From the NCBI GenBank assembly GCA_950097015.1, contig CATNEN010000005.1, positions 4,278,001 through 4,342,000 on the forward strand: a DNA stretch of 64,000 nt, read 5' to 3'. A program made the translations under genes and the position numbers. Of the stretch, positions 11,107-23,791 are shown in pieces. Within the stretch, counting starts at the first letter, position 1, and each line of letters begins with the position of its first letter. Source of the DNA: Macrostomum hystrix. Taxonomy: Eukaryota; Animalia; Platyhelminthes. The notes beneath the pieces are model-generated. The model was not told the origin of the DNA. It did not search any database and was given only the letters and a program-made list of their open reading frames with translations.

Positions 11107-12374
11107 AGCGGCTCTGACTGGAAAGAAATTCCTTTTGAAATGAAAGAAAAGCCTTTGAACAGAATGACAGAAATAAATTGTGCAAATCGCTTTTAAATTT
11201 CTAAGCCTTTTAAAGACCTTCCAAATTGTCGCGTGGCACATTATCAATGTAGCACAATGCAAGTGGTGAAATAAACAGTTAAGCATTGAGGCGGTGTTTA
11301 CACTGAGGATAGTCCGGCGCGAAAATTTCTGTCAGAAGATGTAGGCAGAAAATTATATTGGCGAGACTTACTATTACTTCCTTTGCTATGTTTGAATACA
11401 TTATTGTCACTTGTTGATAGAAGTGACAATTTATAAAATTTGACTAAAGTCTGGAACCAGCATAGGCCTGTCGCTTTGTTGCTTTTGCATTGACTAAATA
11501 TCCTAGTCGGATTATGCTTTTAAAATTAAGTTTCGAACTGTTTGGTTTCCTGTTACAAAAGAAAATTTCATTTCCAGGAAGCAAGATTATTTATACCGCA
11601 AAATTCTGCGTTTGTGTCGTGCGCTGAAATAAAATTTTGTATGTATAAATGAATGATCGCGCCGATTAGTAACAGTAGAAAGATCTACGGTTTATATCAA
11701 ATAAAGATTTTTCTGTATCTACAAAAATATTCAGCTAATCGCCTTGAAAACTCGCTTAAACTTATAAACAGGCTAAAATTTTCCGCTCAATCCGATTAAA
11801 CAACTTCCACTTTAAACAATTCGGTTTGGGAGCCATCGTGAAGTATTTGAAATACCCCAGGTCTTTCCCCAGGGGGAAAATAGTGTGGTCTTTGTACTGC
11901 TAAAATAATTTTATTTAAAGCTGGCTTTATATAATTTAATGAACAAAAAAATCAGCAGCTGCTCCAGAAGCTAAGTCTTCGCAATAAGTACAACCTTCCA
12001 GCGATTCGCTTAATTTTAGGACTTCAGACAGCCCCGGGCCAAATGAGACGGCCCCATGGCCAGCCCCCATACTCAGTGACACCATTCTGCGGAAGGTGCA
12101 GCTTCAGCAATTTCGACAGGGAGTATGTTTTTCTTCTTTCGTGAACCCTTTCAGTCACAGAATCAAACAACCTTATTGCTTCGAGGTAGCCAAGTTTGAG
12201 GCTCAACTAGGCCTCTTTTGGGAATACGAAAGAAATGTTTTTCGACTTCTTAATAAGGTAGGCAATCGCTCGTCCTTGCGACTGTAGTGTCGGCATGTTT
12301 ATTTTATAATGCGTATAGTTCTTTTTGAAGTAACTTATTCGCACACGTCAATATTAATGAATTATTAAAATGTA

Positions 12375-13316
12375 TGTTATAGGGTTGTTTGTACATGCGC
12401 GCCCAGCCAGGCCTACGCACGCGATCGGCCGGTCACCCTGCTCTACAGCCAAGGCATCAGACTAACCCCGGTCTGGTGGGCCCAGCCAATAGGAGGGCGG
12501 CTAGTCAAATTGATGCGACCCGACTTAAGTGCGATACCCCGGGCCGGGCCAATCAGCACCCAGTTCGTTAACCGGCAGGGTCGACCTGGCGGAAGAACAA
12601 GCGGCGCGGCCGGCACCCAGGCTTTGATGATGGCTGGGGCGGGCGCTTGACTATATAACTGACTATTGCGTTGTCATTTTGTTCTATCGTCGTGTCTTTT
12701 CGTGTTGTGTCGTGTTGTTTCGTTGCAATCGTTCTTTTCCGCGTTGTTACGCATCCTAGCAATAGATACCGGGACAGGTAAACCGGTCAAACTAGCTAGT
12801 CGAAGAAAACCCCACACTCAATCCCACGTGCTGAGCTCGGCACGTCTGGCCAACTGCTGACGGAGTGTTAGACAGGGATTGGCAAGCACGGAAGTACTCT
12901 CCATATCGCCGACAATCATCGGTGGGACGCCGTCGAATAGGCATTAGGTGTGGCACGATAGAACTATCGTTGTGCCATAGTGCGGAAGTGCTTGCTGGTC
13001 GCCTCGGTTTTAGACTAGGGACTTTGGGTTAGGTTTCGTGTTATTTGTCTTGTTTTGTCATATGGACTTTCTGTTTTGTCTAGGAGTTATTTGTGTTAAT
13101 TGTCATGTTATTTTCGCGAGTCTTGTTATTGTCCAGAGCGTTATCGAGTAGAGTTCGTGTTGTTCTTGTGCTGAGGTTATTGAGATTTTTTGTTAGTAAA
13201 TTACCAGTGCGAATTGTGAATTTAATATTGAATGAAGTACAGTACCTGGAAGGGGACGGAAAGAGCGCTGCCAGGGGAATTAATCATTCATAGCTTTCAC
13301 TTTTTAACTAATTAAC
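12375..13316 (+). mobile_element. Possible solo-LTR-like segment (GC-rich, CCAAT, GC and TATA boxes, GT-rich downstream tract)
   Basis: Starts TGTTAT and has an abrupt GC-rich block. CCAAT near 12487 and 12549, GGGCGG boxes, TATATAA at 12653, and a possible ACA end near 13316. No TSD found. Confidence 0.3.
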
Positions 13317-14197
13317 ACTTGAATATCAGCTGTTTAGCTTGGACTTTTGAATCGTCTTGTCTTCGTTATTTTCGAGTTACGGCAATAGAATCTCTCGCAA
13401 AGAGTAGGACACCCGACCTCATTAAGGAATCTCAACGCAAAGAGAGACCTAAGTCAAAATATCACACGACGAAAAGCCATGAAGCTGTTGTGTTACCTGC
13501 TCTGCATAGCTGTTTAGAGCGGCGAGTTCACATTAAAGTAGAATCTGTTGTCTATGGTTCATACAGTCTGCCTTCGGAGCCTATTAACATAATTTAATGG
13601 CCCCCGACAATCGGATTTCATTTAAAATAACCGCCGAGTAATTTCATTATAGTCTATGGCAAAACCATGTTAAAACGTATCAACCATGACAATCTGAGAA
13701 TTAAATATAATAATGCCCCAGATTCGTTGTCTATGGCTTAGGCCAGTCATCGGACACTGGACACAGTTTTTTTACTCTCCTCAGAAGATTATCTTATACT
13801 TCAGCTAGTACCAGCGAACCGAATGATATTTCAAACCAGGATCTACATAATATCGCTGAAAACTATCAGAGGCTCGGGTTAAGTCAGTTGGCTGATAACA
13901 TAAGATGCGCATTTTAGTTTAGCAAGGTGCATTACAAAACGAATTACATCTGTCGTCACTAACGGTACGCACTATGTGTGTTTATTTTATTAACGGATTT
14001 CGAAAGCGCATAAATGGGCATCAAATCAAACAATTATAGATTGCAGCATGAATAAGCAGGAAAAACTGTCGATTAGTGGTTAAAAACTGTTTAATCAGAA
14101 AAGTTCAAATTTAGAAGTCTTTAATCATTAGTATTATTTTTCAAATGTGACGAAAACAGTATTTTAGGTGATTTGGAATATGTTGATAATTTTTTTT

Positions 14198-15517
14198 CTA
14201 CCGCTGCTTTAAACAGCAAGAAAGTTTGAGCGCCAAGTTTTTCATCTCCAAAAAAATCTGCCGTAGTCCGCTTTGAAATCCTGGGATGAGAAACAATGAC
14301 AGGAAGGGAAGACTGCCGATCGATAGGCAGGAGTACACAAAATATAACTCTGTGAAGAAACGGCTCTCATATTTCATAGAAATGCGCCGAATACGCTTGC
14401 TTTCTCTTTCGAGCAAACACGAGAACACCAGCAATGCACCAGCGGAAACGCGGACAAGCAGGTACCAGAACATTAGTCGCTTAAAATCAGTTGTCTCCTG
14501 AACAACTGGACCAGTTTGATTCATTTCAATCGCAACTTCGTCGGACTCTTCTTCATTATCTCGTTGTCTAGTATAGGCAGCGACAACGTTTGATTCCTTG
14601 ATGGGCCGAAAAATTCTAGAATAGCAGTGACTGCGCTTTGCCTTGTACACGGCTAACAGTAGAAGGCTCAGAACCAATTGAGAGGCAACAGTGTACATCG
14701 ATGAGTAGAACGATACGACTTGCAACGAGGGGCTGCGAAACACATTGAAATATAAGTACAGATAATAAGGAAAACTATTAGCGTCATAAACGTAGCTAAA
14801 CTTTTTGAACGAAGTCGCTGTCCAAAACAAGGAGCCGATGGATACAAGGATGCCAATCGATACGGCTGCTCGATTCAAACTGGCGAATAGAAGGGTGCGC
14901 GAAGTAGATTGGTAATGGTCAACCAGAAACAAACAGGTTAGCAAGTCAAGGGTCACTCTAGCATGGTAGCAGAAGGATACCACTGAAAATAGGAAGTTGG
15001 AAACCAAAGCAGCCAGGATGGCTAGTGGAATATTTGGGACTCTCATCGGCATATCGAATGCAGTTTGCACCAGAAGCGCACTGCCCTCAACTAGTCCGCC
15101 GACGGTAATAAGTCTCAGCAAGAGCAGTTCCACGCTCAGCTCACGGAGATAAATAGCAGGTAACTGATCAGATAGACTTCGCTTCCAGCGAAACCAAACC
15201 GCCAGTGAAAATAGGCTAGCTAGGGCCAGCAGAAATATAAAAAAGGTATGCATGTACTCAACGACGCGAGTGCTTGGCTTAGGTGAACGGTGGGATGAGT
15301 CGATTTGGCTTCCGATGCACATTAGAGGGCCAGTGAAGCTTTCCTCACTGCCAGTTATCCATTTCCAACCGGACAGCAGCTCTTGATCCGGGGAGCATTG
15401 TAGAAAACTCCACTCGAAGATCGTTGAGTTCGCAAAAGTACTTGAATTGCTGTTTCCAAAGAAGTCTACGATTCCAAGGCTTTGGAGATCTCTGATAGCC
15501 GTTTCTTCGTTGCTCAT
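14198..15517 (-). CDS. Intronless orphan seven-transmembrane (GPCR-like) protein, about 439 aa
   Basis: Uninterrupted 441-codon ORF in AT-rich surroundings (first ATG at 15517). Seven hydrophobic segments, N-terminal NxS/T sites (NSS, NST), a long polar loop between TM5 and TM6, and a helix-8-like PGFQSGLRQIF. No canonical DRY or NPxxY. Confidence 0.7.
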   Translation of the reverse strand: MSNEETAIRDLQSLGIVDFFGNSNSSTFANSTIFEWSFLQCSPDQELLSGWKWITGSEESFTGPLMCIGSQIDSSHRSPKPSTRVVEYMHTFFIFLLALASLFSLAVWFRWKRSLSDQLPAIYLRELSVELLLLRLITVGGLVEGSALLVQTAFDMPMRVPNIPLAILAALVSNFLFSVVSFCYHARVTLDLLTCLFLVDHYQSTSRTLLFASLNRAAVSIGILVSIGSLFWTATSFKKFSYVYDANSFPYYLYLYFNVFRSPSLQVVSFYSSMYTVASQLVLSLLLLAVYKAKRSHCYSRIFRPIKESNVVAAYTRQRDNEEESDEVAIEMNQTGPVVQETTDFKRLMFWYLLVRVSAGALLVFSCLLERESKRIRRISMKYESRFFTELYFVYSCLSIGSLPFLSLFLIPGFQSGLRQIFLEMKNLALKLSCCLKQR

Positions 15518-16721
15518 TTCCAATAATTAGCTTGGAAATACTCAATTTTAGCTGGTGTTCGACAGGCACGTGACTTGTTTCAAATTTTGTATTTCAAAGC
15601 TTAAGACTGATGATCGAGGCTATAAACAGAAAGTCTTCGTTTGCGAAAATGCAAGTGCCAAATAATTGAAGGATGTACAGTTCAAGTGAAAGCTAGAACT
15701 GTTGATAATTTCTGCAGCTTGTGCTGCGTACAATATGCTATCAGTTTGCACGATCTTTGCTAATTGGTCCTTTCGCTGGCTTGCCATTGTTTATTTAGCA
15801 GTCAGTAAATCTAGCGAGATAACTGCACTACAGAATGCTAACGCTGGTAGCTTAGTGCAACAGCTGGATGACTCACTCATTTGAAATCTAATGTGATGGA
15901 ATGAATGCTAAGCGTCAGTCAGTAAGTCAGCTGCCAAACTTTGGTTTTAGTTAGAGAATTAGTTCACTACCAAAGACGAAAGTAGACTACTATTACTACT
16001 CTTCTACGAGCTATTACTACCACAAATGCTTTTACTTTAGTTGTACTCAGTTTGTGGATGTATATGTATATCCGGTCCGTTTCATTGTTCCGTATCTCCC
16101 AAAATGTTCAACCAATTGTCATGAAAATGCTGAACTCGGGCTAAAGTTTTCCACACCATCCGATTTAAAAAGACTTCCAGAATCACTCAACATCGGCATC
16201 GGCGAGATATTCAACGATTCTCGTCAGGGGTGTCCTTGTGCAAAAACCACCAATAGAGTGGCAGTGGGCAGTGGCAGTGGCAGTGGGTATTTGAAATACA
16301 CCACTGGTCTTTCCCCAGGGGCGAAAAAGTGAGGTTCTTCGGCTGTGCGAAGGAGAAGGGACCTGAGGGCTCTAGACTTGCGGCGGTTCCGGGTACTGAT
16401 CCGTCTGACCTTGCGTTTTTTAATCCCACCCAGCCTCTCAATCTAGTGCTATTTATATCGATCTCAATAGAGAACAGGGTCGAACTTAGAAATCGGTTTT
16501 GGAAGCACCTAGGCCCGACCGGGAGTGATCTTTTGGTATTCACATCAGGCAAAACTCTCAGTACCTAAGGTCGAAGGAGTTTTGGGCGTCACTTTTTTCA
16601 AACTTTTTGTGGTTCCTAATCTTCCAACAGTAGGTAATTTTCCAAGCTTATCTCACATAAAATAATCAGTCAATAATAATTTCATAGTTGATTACACCTG
16701 CCCCATTTGGGCCAGATGTGC

Positions 16722-16970
16722 ACCCGACAGCACAGCCGCAGCTATTGCGCATCTGAGGCAGCATACAGCTGTCCAGTCCATGGACTGGTGGGACGCCACA
16801 CCCACCCTCAATTAACGCGGCTGATGCTGGTGCCCATTTAACAGCTGGGTTAACTGAAGAAATGCCGAGTTTAATTGTTCTTGCTGAATGACAAAAGTAT
16901 TTCCACTGGAGTCGGGAATCGAACCCCCGACCTTCAAGTCGTGGTTAAGAATCTCTAGCGACTAGGCTAC
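16722..16970 (-). mobile_element. tRNA-derived SINE, family A copy 1
   Basis: Minus strand begins with A-box-like TAGCCTAGTCG and B-box-like GGTTCGATTCC. The body GTCCCACCAGTCCATGGAC is shared with the copies at 18.9, 32.9 and 51.4 kb. Confidence 0.8.
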
Positions 16971-17258
16971 AACACCCGCTAGGTTATATTTATCATTTCT
17001 CAACACTATGTTCAGCAGAAATACGCAATATCACGCCGATTATAGCGCTTCTACGGAATTTTCTAGCCTTTCATCGCATTTTGATGCTTTATTGGATTTA
17101 GTGAAGATCACGGGACTTCTAGGTAAGTTCTGTGGAGTAGATTATAAGACGTAAACATTTACCTGTTGACCAATTACGAGACTGAACATCTGCGAGCTTT
17201 TATATTTTAGCGTGCGCAGTAAAGTAGCTGCACTTCTCTAGCAAAGTCGAACTTCAGA

Positions 17259-20200
17259 ATGGAACCAAGCGTATTTCATTTTTGGACTAAACTTCTATTG
17301 ACGCTGCTGCTCTCGCAACACGCAGCAGCGGATTTGACAACTGAATGTGAGATTATTCGATTGTCTTGTACTATTATTATTATTATTATTATTACTATTA
17401 TTATTATTATTATTATTACTACTATTATTATTATTATTATTATTACTATTATTATTATTATTATTATTACTACTATTATTATTATTATTATAAGCCAACA
17501 GGGCCAAAAGCAGCAAGAGGGAAGACAAGGCGTGCCGACAAAGGCAGCGGACGAACGAGTCCTGCGATAGCGAATATATTTTAGGATTTGGGGCGTCACG
17601 AAGGAAGGAATAACAACGGAATAAAAGCAATACAGAAAAAAAATTTTACGAGCCAGAGCGCTCACGCAGCACGCACTTTGAGCGTGAGCGCACAAATAAA
17701 AGCGGGGCCGACGCCGCCATCCCCCAACCAAACCACCCCACCTGCCGGCCGGCACCCAGCACCCCAACTTGCGGCAGGGATGCACACGCGCGAGCCGCAC
17801 GCACAGACAGGCGGAGGGTCGGCCCAGTCGGCTTAACACGATTACAGAGCCAGTTAAAACCCACCCCGAAATCGCAACCTTATTATTATTACTATCGTTA
17901 TTATTAATATTGTTATTATTATTGTTATTATTACTTTGTGCACGCCGATTGCGTGATAAAAAATAGCAGAAGCATATATATAATTTAGTGTGAAAATAGA
18001 GCAATTTGTTAAAAAGTTTAAATAAAAACAAAAAAAAAGATAATATGAACTTCGTTCTCTACTTCGACTCAACACGTTGGTCATGTTCTATTTTCATAGG
18101 CGTCTTACAGTTCTCTATGTTTGGCAGGCAAGTTTGTGCTTTTCCAGACGAAAGCGGGACATTATGGGACATAATTTGTTAAACAATAACTGCAGGAGGT
18201 CTGTGTGGGCAATGGCACATCATTAGGTGACACTAGACCCGCAGCCAGCGGGGAGGCAATTCTGTCCATTCCGCTGACTCCTGAGCACACACGCATTCAG
18301 ATACTGTACTCAGGCACACGCTCGCTCATTTCTCATCGCCAGGCAGTGTACACTCTCACTGTGCCTTGGAGGTTGGCCCTCAGGGGCGTAAATTGCACGA
18401 CAAGCTCCCAAGCCTTCTTTCCGCGGTTGCACCCAAAATGAATGTGAAATCGCCGCGGAATCGAGATTAAACACAGTGGTGCGAGAGGCAAACGCGTTGA
18501 CCGCTCCGCCACTGATCCCCATTCTAGATTAATATAGAAAATTAACAATTATTATTAGGTTTTTAGAGGCCGAATTAAATAGCTCGTATTTTAACTTTCA
18601 GACATTACAAAGCTTACATACGATCTGTTGTCTATGGTTTGGCGGTCTTCCAGCTTTGTTTTATCTGATGGCAGCCTGGAATGCTCGGTTGCGAAGGCCG
18701 GATCAGTTGTGGCTTTCAAATCGGCAGTTGGGCTGTCTTACGCTGACAATGAGTACCACTGGTTTGTTATGCAGCTCGTCAGGCCCATTTCGCTTCGTGA
18801 GGCACTCATCACAGGTAAGAAGACAATCTTGTGGTTTCGTTAAATGCCAATTTGTGCCATGATAATGAAATAATGCTTACACCTGAACCGAATGGGGTCA
18901 GAGATGCAGCCGACAGCACAGCCGCAGCTTTTGCGCAGTGCATCTGAAGGCTGCGTACGGCTGCTCTGTCCATGGACTGGTGGGACGCCACAGCCACCTT
19001 CAATTACCCCAGCTAATGCTGGTACCCCTTTATAACTAACTGCAAGGCGAGTTGAAGTAATGCAGAGTTTGCCTTGCTAAAGGATAAAAAACTATTTCCA
19101 GTGGAGTCTAGAATCGACTCTCGACCTTCAAGTCGTGAGTCCGAAGCTCTAAACCACTAGGCTATAACCCGTTAGTAGCCTACGGGGGTACAATCGGCAC
19201 AATATGACCTAGTTTTGCGTCCATTGTTACGCAAAACTGGTATCGTTAGTATCGTGTCTGTATGGAGTTCCATTTCACTTTTTGACAACGAAGTCGCATG
19301 GTTAAGCGCAATAAACAGAGTCACCTCCTGGCTGGGGTTCATTCGCCAACCAGACGCACCAAAGCACAAATCCGATAGGGCACTTGAATTGTTGTTGTGT
19401 CAATAAATATTTATCGCAGCAGTATTTTACACAGGAACGAATATTATTTCTAGTTATAATTGAGTGACTTGCAGGACTGCAGACAATGGCTCATTATTTG
19501 GTTAAACAAGACTTGCAGGCAGCGTCAATTCTGCCCATTTTGCTGACTCCTGAGAACACGCTCACACGGGTGTGTAAATCTGCCCTGACTTTCTAACTGT
19601 CAGGCAAAGTACACTCACTGTGCCCTTGAGGTCGGCCGTTAAGGGTGTAAATCGCACGACAAGCCACAAAGCCTTCTCTCCGCGGCCTTCTCTCCTATTT
19701 AGTTCATGGTCATGCCGCGGATTTGAGCTCAGGGACAAATCCCTGAACGCGTAAACCGCTATTCCAACGGTAAGTCCTGATATAAAAAAACTACCGATAA
19801 TCTTTCCGGCAAAGTGTTAAAGGCAGTTAACAGGCAAATAGTAATGCCTGCCTGGAGAATTTCTGGACAAACTTCTTCCGTTGTAGGTGTGCAGGCGTTG
19901 CCAGCCTATTGGATTAAAGGAATCGAACTATGGACCGCACCAGTGGCTGTGAATTTCGGCCCCGAACACTGCAACTCGTCCAGTATTAGGTCTAGGTTCA
20001 TCGCCACAAGGAACCAATGGAGCTTTTGTGCTTCGACGAGCACCTGGGACGATGGAGTCGGAACTGCTAGGTTTCGCTGCATTAAAACTCAGAAGGTACG
20101 GCTCAACAAAAAATATATTAACATCTTTTACCTCATTAATTTGTTATACTAAACCAGTGTCAGTTCAAATTGCAATTTATTGTGTTTCTAGACTCAAACC

Positions 20201-20903
20201 ATATTGCTCAGAAAGTATCTAGCTCACATTGGCGAGGATCGCCGATGCATGGGATTTGAAGCCATTCATTTGGTTAGAGTTTTAGCTAAGCGTAAGTGGC
20301 TCATGAGAATTTAATGCCAGTATTTGTTAACATCATTGCTTTTACTCGTAATTTTCAAATTTCTGACAATTTCAGCACCAGAGCCAGACAGCAACCAGCC
20401 ATTATACTCGAAATCCAGGAGCTGGGTATATGGCATTGTTACCTTCGCTGCGTTGATATTAGCTACTGCCTCTGTTATTACCGCTTGCGTAGCAGTGAAT
20501 AGAAAGGTAAGAATAGAAAGGTACAATATCACTTCATTCAGTGACAGTAGACCCGGCAGTTAGAGGCCCTTAAGTGTAATCCCAAAATTAGTGTAGTTTC
20601 CTTAAATTAGCATCGAGCTCAGGAGCGAGAGGTAAATTCGTAAGACAGATTTTCCATTCACCAAAGTTGAATCTTATTAAACAGGTGCAAAAATAAACGT
20701 ATAAGGTCGCTCTTGGGGACATCAAATTTAGCGAAATGTGTTTTTCCTCAAATCCACAAATCCCACAGAAAAAAACTTGCCCCATGAAGAAGGAAGAATT
20801 TCAAGAATCTCCCTGGTGGGAATCTGAGTTGCAGCCAAGCAGACAACACACCAGAGCGCCTCCGAAATTATTTGAGGACGAAGCTTATTATTCGATCGCT
20901 TAA
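17259..20903 (+). CDS. Receptor R3 (opposite strand): signal peptide + lectin-like domain + TM + tail, no Ig or Cys-rich exon (about 291 aa, 6 exons)
   Basis: Exons 17259-17346, 18602-18814, 19887-20095, 20192-20291, 20376-20506, 20769-20903, all GT-AG with consistent phases. Motifs WRSSSF, DNEYHWFVMQL, IELW...FGPEHC, LLRKY...CMGF. TM: WVYGIVTFAALILATASVITACVAV-NRK. Tail ends EDEAYYSIA-stop. Confidence 0.8.
17370..17935. repeat. (ATT)n microsatellite split by a GC-rich insert of about 390 bp (17493-17880)
   Basis: ATT/ACT triplet runs at 17370-17492 and 17881-17935 flank a GC-rich unique segment in intron 1 of R3. Confidence 0.8.
18189..18513 (-). mobile_element. tRNA-headed SINE, family B copy 1
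   Basis: Reverse complement matches the copies at 22.4, 23.1 and 26.3 kb (head AGTGGC-GAGCGGTCAACGCGTTTGCCTCTCGCACC; body GGGCCAACCTCCAAGGCACAG and CTCAGGAGTCAGCGGAATGGACAGAATTGCCTCC). Confidence 0.8.
18905..19165 (-). mobile_element. tRNA-derived SINE, family A copy 2
   Basis: Head TAGCCTAGTGGTTTAGAGC...GAGTCGATTCTAGACTCCACTGGAAA and the shared family A body. Confidence 0.8.
19512..19768 (-). mobile_element. SINE family B copy 2 (diverged)
   Basis: Contains the reverse complement of CTCAGGAGTCAGCAAAATGGGCAGAATTG and AGAAAGTCAGGGCAGAT. Confidence 0.7.
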
Positions 20904-22010
20904 AGCTGATGGAAATTTGCTTATATTTGCAAAGGATAGGAATAGGATGCTGTAACTTTTTAGAACATTATTTGATACTTAATTGCTTAGCTTTTCTATA
21001 TTTTCATTGCGTTTTGTCACTATTGACTAACTTATTCAATTTTGCACGCTATAAGATGTTTATCTCGTAGCCAACTTTGCTGTACGGTTCGTCAAAATGT
21101 TTAGAAAATGTAAACGAAAGTAAAATTTTAATCCTTTTGATTATCGTAACAAAGCTCTTCTAAAATACTTTACGAGCATAATGCGACCATTACTGTCTTG
21201 TACTATGAAATCAACTTCTATCGCATTGTTAAGTGTTTTAATTAAGCAACCAGCGACAATTTTAACTACGAAGCACAGAAAAATTTTCTTTTTACCTTTT
21301 TAACTGTCAAATTACAAGCTATGACAGTCCGTAAGTTTTTATCTGAGAAAGTAGTTTTTTAGGCTATCACAGCTATTATGGTAGAACGTCAAGTTGCTCA
21401 CTCATTGTGAAGATAAATCGTTTTGTTTAAAACTATTTCAAGTTTTAAGTTTTTTTTTAATAATTGAAAAAACTCTATATTATACATATTATGTCTATGT
21501 ATTACATATTACGACTGAGGGGGTTAGGGTTGAGGGGGTGAGTGGGTCAGCGGCTAATGTCGCTGCCTCACTTTCCAATGGTCGCTGGTTCGTTCCTCCC
21601 TCCAAGTCACGATTATTTCGGGGCTTAGTTGGAGGTTTGCGAAGTAGTGACTTGCGGAGATGCACCTTATTATGCGCAACCAAAGCTAATTTAAAATAGC
21701 TTAACCCCTGCCTACTGCATGCCTGCTTGTTTGTGTTTGTGTTTGTGCGTTGGGTCGGGTGTGAGGCGTTGTATGGGGGGTAGGGCGGGTGTGCACCAAT
21801 GTGTACTCTCGTCCCTACCCTTTAGGCATCTAATTCCTCCCCTGGTTTGTTCTGCTCTGTGCGTGTGCGGACCTGGGGCCTGTGTTCAGGAGTCTAGATG
21901 GCGCGATGGGCGATTCCCGCCTAGTTCGCCGGCCTGGGGGCATGCCGTTCCTGCGTTTGGGCGCCAAGTGCCCCAGGCCCCCTGCAATTAAGTAAGTAAA
22001 GGGGTTGGGG

Positions 22011-22190
22011 TTCAGCGGGGCGCAGCTGCCGACTGAAGAACGCCAGCGGCTGCCACGCCTCACCGATGCGCTGCTCCAGGACCTCCCTGATGGCGGTCTT
22101 CGAGGCGTAGACCATCAGCGCCGTCTAAGCGCCTGCCAGCGCTTCGTACTGTTGAAGGCCTCCGTAAGACCGACTCTCGCCACCGCTTTT
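22011..22190 (-). mobile_element. Degenerate Ty3/Gypsy pol fragment (RT-RNase H junction)
   Basis: Translates as VYASKTAIREVLEQRIGEAWQPLAFFSRQLRPAE, matching the Gypsy RNase H pattern DASxxAIGAVLxQ...PxAFFSRxLxxAE. An upstream EAFNSTK lies in another frame. Confidence 0.75.
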
Positions 22191-22430
22191 TTTCAGGCCA
22201 TCGAGCAGCCATGCAAGGACATGTACACATGTACACATGTACACATGTCAGGACATGTACACATGGTGTACATGTTGCACATTTTAGAGTACCCGACTTT
22301 CCAGCCATGACTAGAGTGGAGCCTGATGATTTAATATTCCGACTTTTTATAGAGGAGTTCAAATCTCAAACCAGGGAAAGCTATTTATGTACCTAATTCC
22401 CTAGAGCTTCAAAACTCAGAAATGAGTTCA

Positions 22431-22696
22431 GAGCGGTGCCAAAGCGGTAACGCGTTTTCTTCTCGCGACAAGGTCCCATAGTTCGATTCCGCAGCGAGGC
22501 CACATTTATTTGGGGCGCAGCCGCGGCGAGAAGGCTTGGGGCTTGTCTGGCAGTGGCAGTATACACTGCCAGATGATCAGAAATTCAGGGCAGATGTAGA
22601 CACCTGTCTGAGTGTGTGCATGAGTGCTAAGGAGTCAGCGGAATGGACAGAATTGCCTCCTCGATGGCTGCATTGTCCACAGCCTTCCTGCAATTA
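22431..22696 (+). mobile_element. SINE family B copy 3
   Basis: Head GCGGTAACGCG...GTTCGATTCCGC, shared body, tail CCTGCAATTATT. Confidence 0.8.
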
Positions 22697-23081
22697 TTGT
22701 AATATTTTTAGCGCTTCAGAACAAGATCAATGGTTAAAATAGTAGCATAGTATTTACGGTCAAATAAAAAGACTGAAAGCATATATATATTTATTTTTCG
22801 CATGGACTGCACGATGGCTAAGGGTTTGAATGATGCATTATTATTTTGAACACGAGCTGAATAATTTAGTGCATTACATGGGTACGTTCGTAGATTGTCA
22901 TACACATTAAAAAAATATATTTTTGCATATTTCTAGGAAAAAGCTGTCTTCATACTTTCAACTTCCGCCGCATGTATAAACAAAACGGGATTGGAGCGGC
23001 TGGGTGTGGGGTAAGTGACGTACAATTCCTGCAAGCGATTGATGGTTTGTGACTGTGTAGCCGGAAAGCACTGGTAGGCTT

Positions 23082-23368
23082 TTGATTCTGCAGCGAGGCC
23101 ACATTTATTTGGGGCGCAGCCGCGGAGAGAAAGCTTGGGTGCAATTTACGTCATAGAGGGCCAACCTCCAAGGCTAAGTGGCAGTGTACACTGCCTGATG
23201 ATGAGAAAGTCAGGGCAGATGTACACACCTGTCTGAGTTCTTGACTGCGTACAGTGCTTGTGCTTGTGGGCTCAGGAGTCAGCGAAATGGGCAGAATGGC
23301 CTCCTCGCTGGCTGCGGGTCTAGTGTCACCATGTCTGATGTGCCATTGCCCGCAGACATCCTGCAATT
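23082..23368 (+). mobile_element. SINE family B copy 4 (5' truncated)
   Basis: Shared body CCAACCTCCAAGGC...GAGAAAGTCAGGGCAGATGTACAC...CTCAGGAGTCAGC and tail CCTGCAATTA. Confidence 0.8.
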
Positions 23369-23791
23369 AATTTAACTATTATTGCACCGTTCGACTATGA
23401 TAAAGGCTGGGCAGTTGTACATGCACGCGCTTAATATATTGCTTTATCGACAATATGATCACTCCATAGAAGTTTAATTTAAATCATGAAAAATGAAGAC
23501 GCCAGTGATAATAAAAGTGAAAAAAGTATCAGTTTTGTCACACTCGAGTCTTTTATAAGCCATGAGGTTATTTTGCCGATCCGTCAGAAATAATCTCAAG
23601 ATATACTGTGAGCTCGCTGTTTGTTTGACTGCTGATGGATGGTTCGTACTTGACGTGCTGTATCACCGTGTCGTAGCAACACTCGCTGTTGTTCGGATTC
23701 TGAAAGTACAGCAATCAACAAGCAATATTTGTTACGTTACATTTTTGTGTCCTTTAGCTAGACACAGCTACATAGCTCGTATATTGCATCT

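Noticed and set aside
11843-11882. A 40-bp motif GTATTTGAAATAC..GGTCTTTCCCCAGGGG shared with 16287-16330
   Set aside because: Too short and in the same orientation. Probably a fragment of a dispersed repeat, with no boundaries definable.
16890-16970. tRNA genes at the SINE heads (also 19100-19165, 51570-51640, 56455-56520)
   Set aside because: A and B boxes are present but there is no complete cloverleaf, and most are fused to a SINE body.
17276-18084. Poly-N, poly-I and poly-Y ORFs
   Set aside because: Translations of the ATT microsatellite. Only the first 88 bp of the 17259 ORF is used, as the R3 signal exon.
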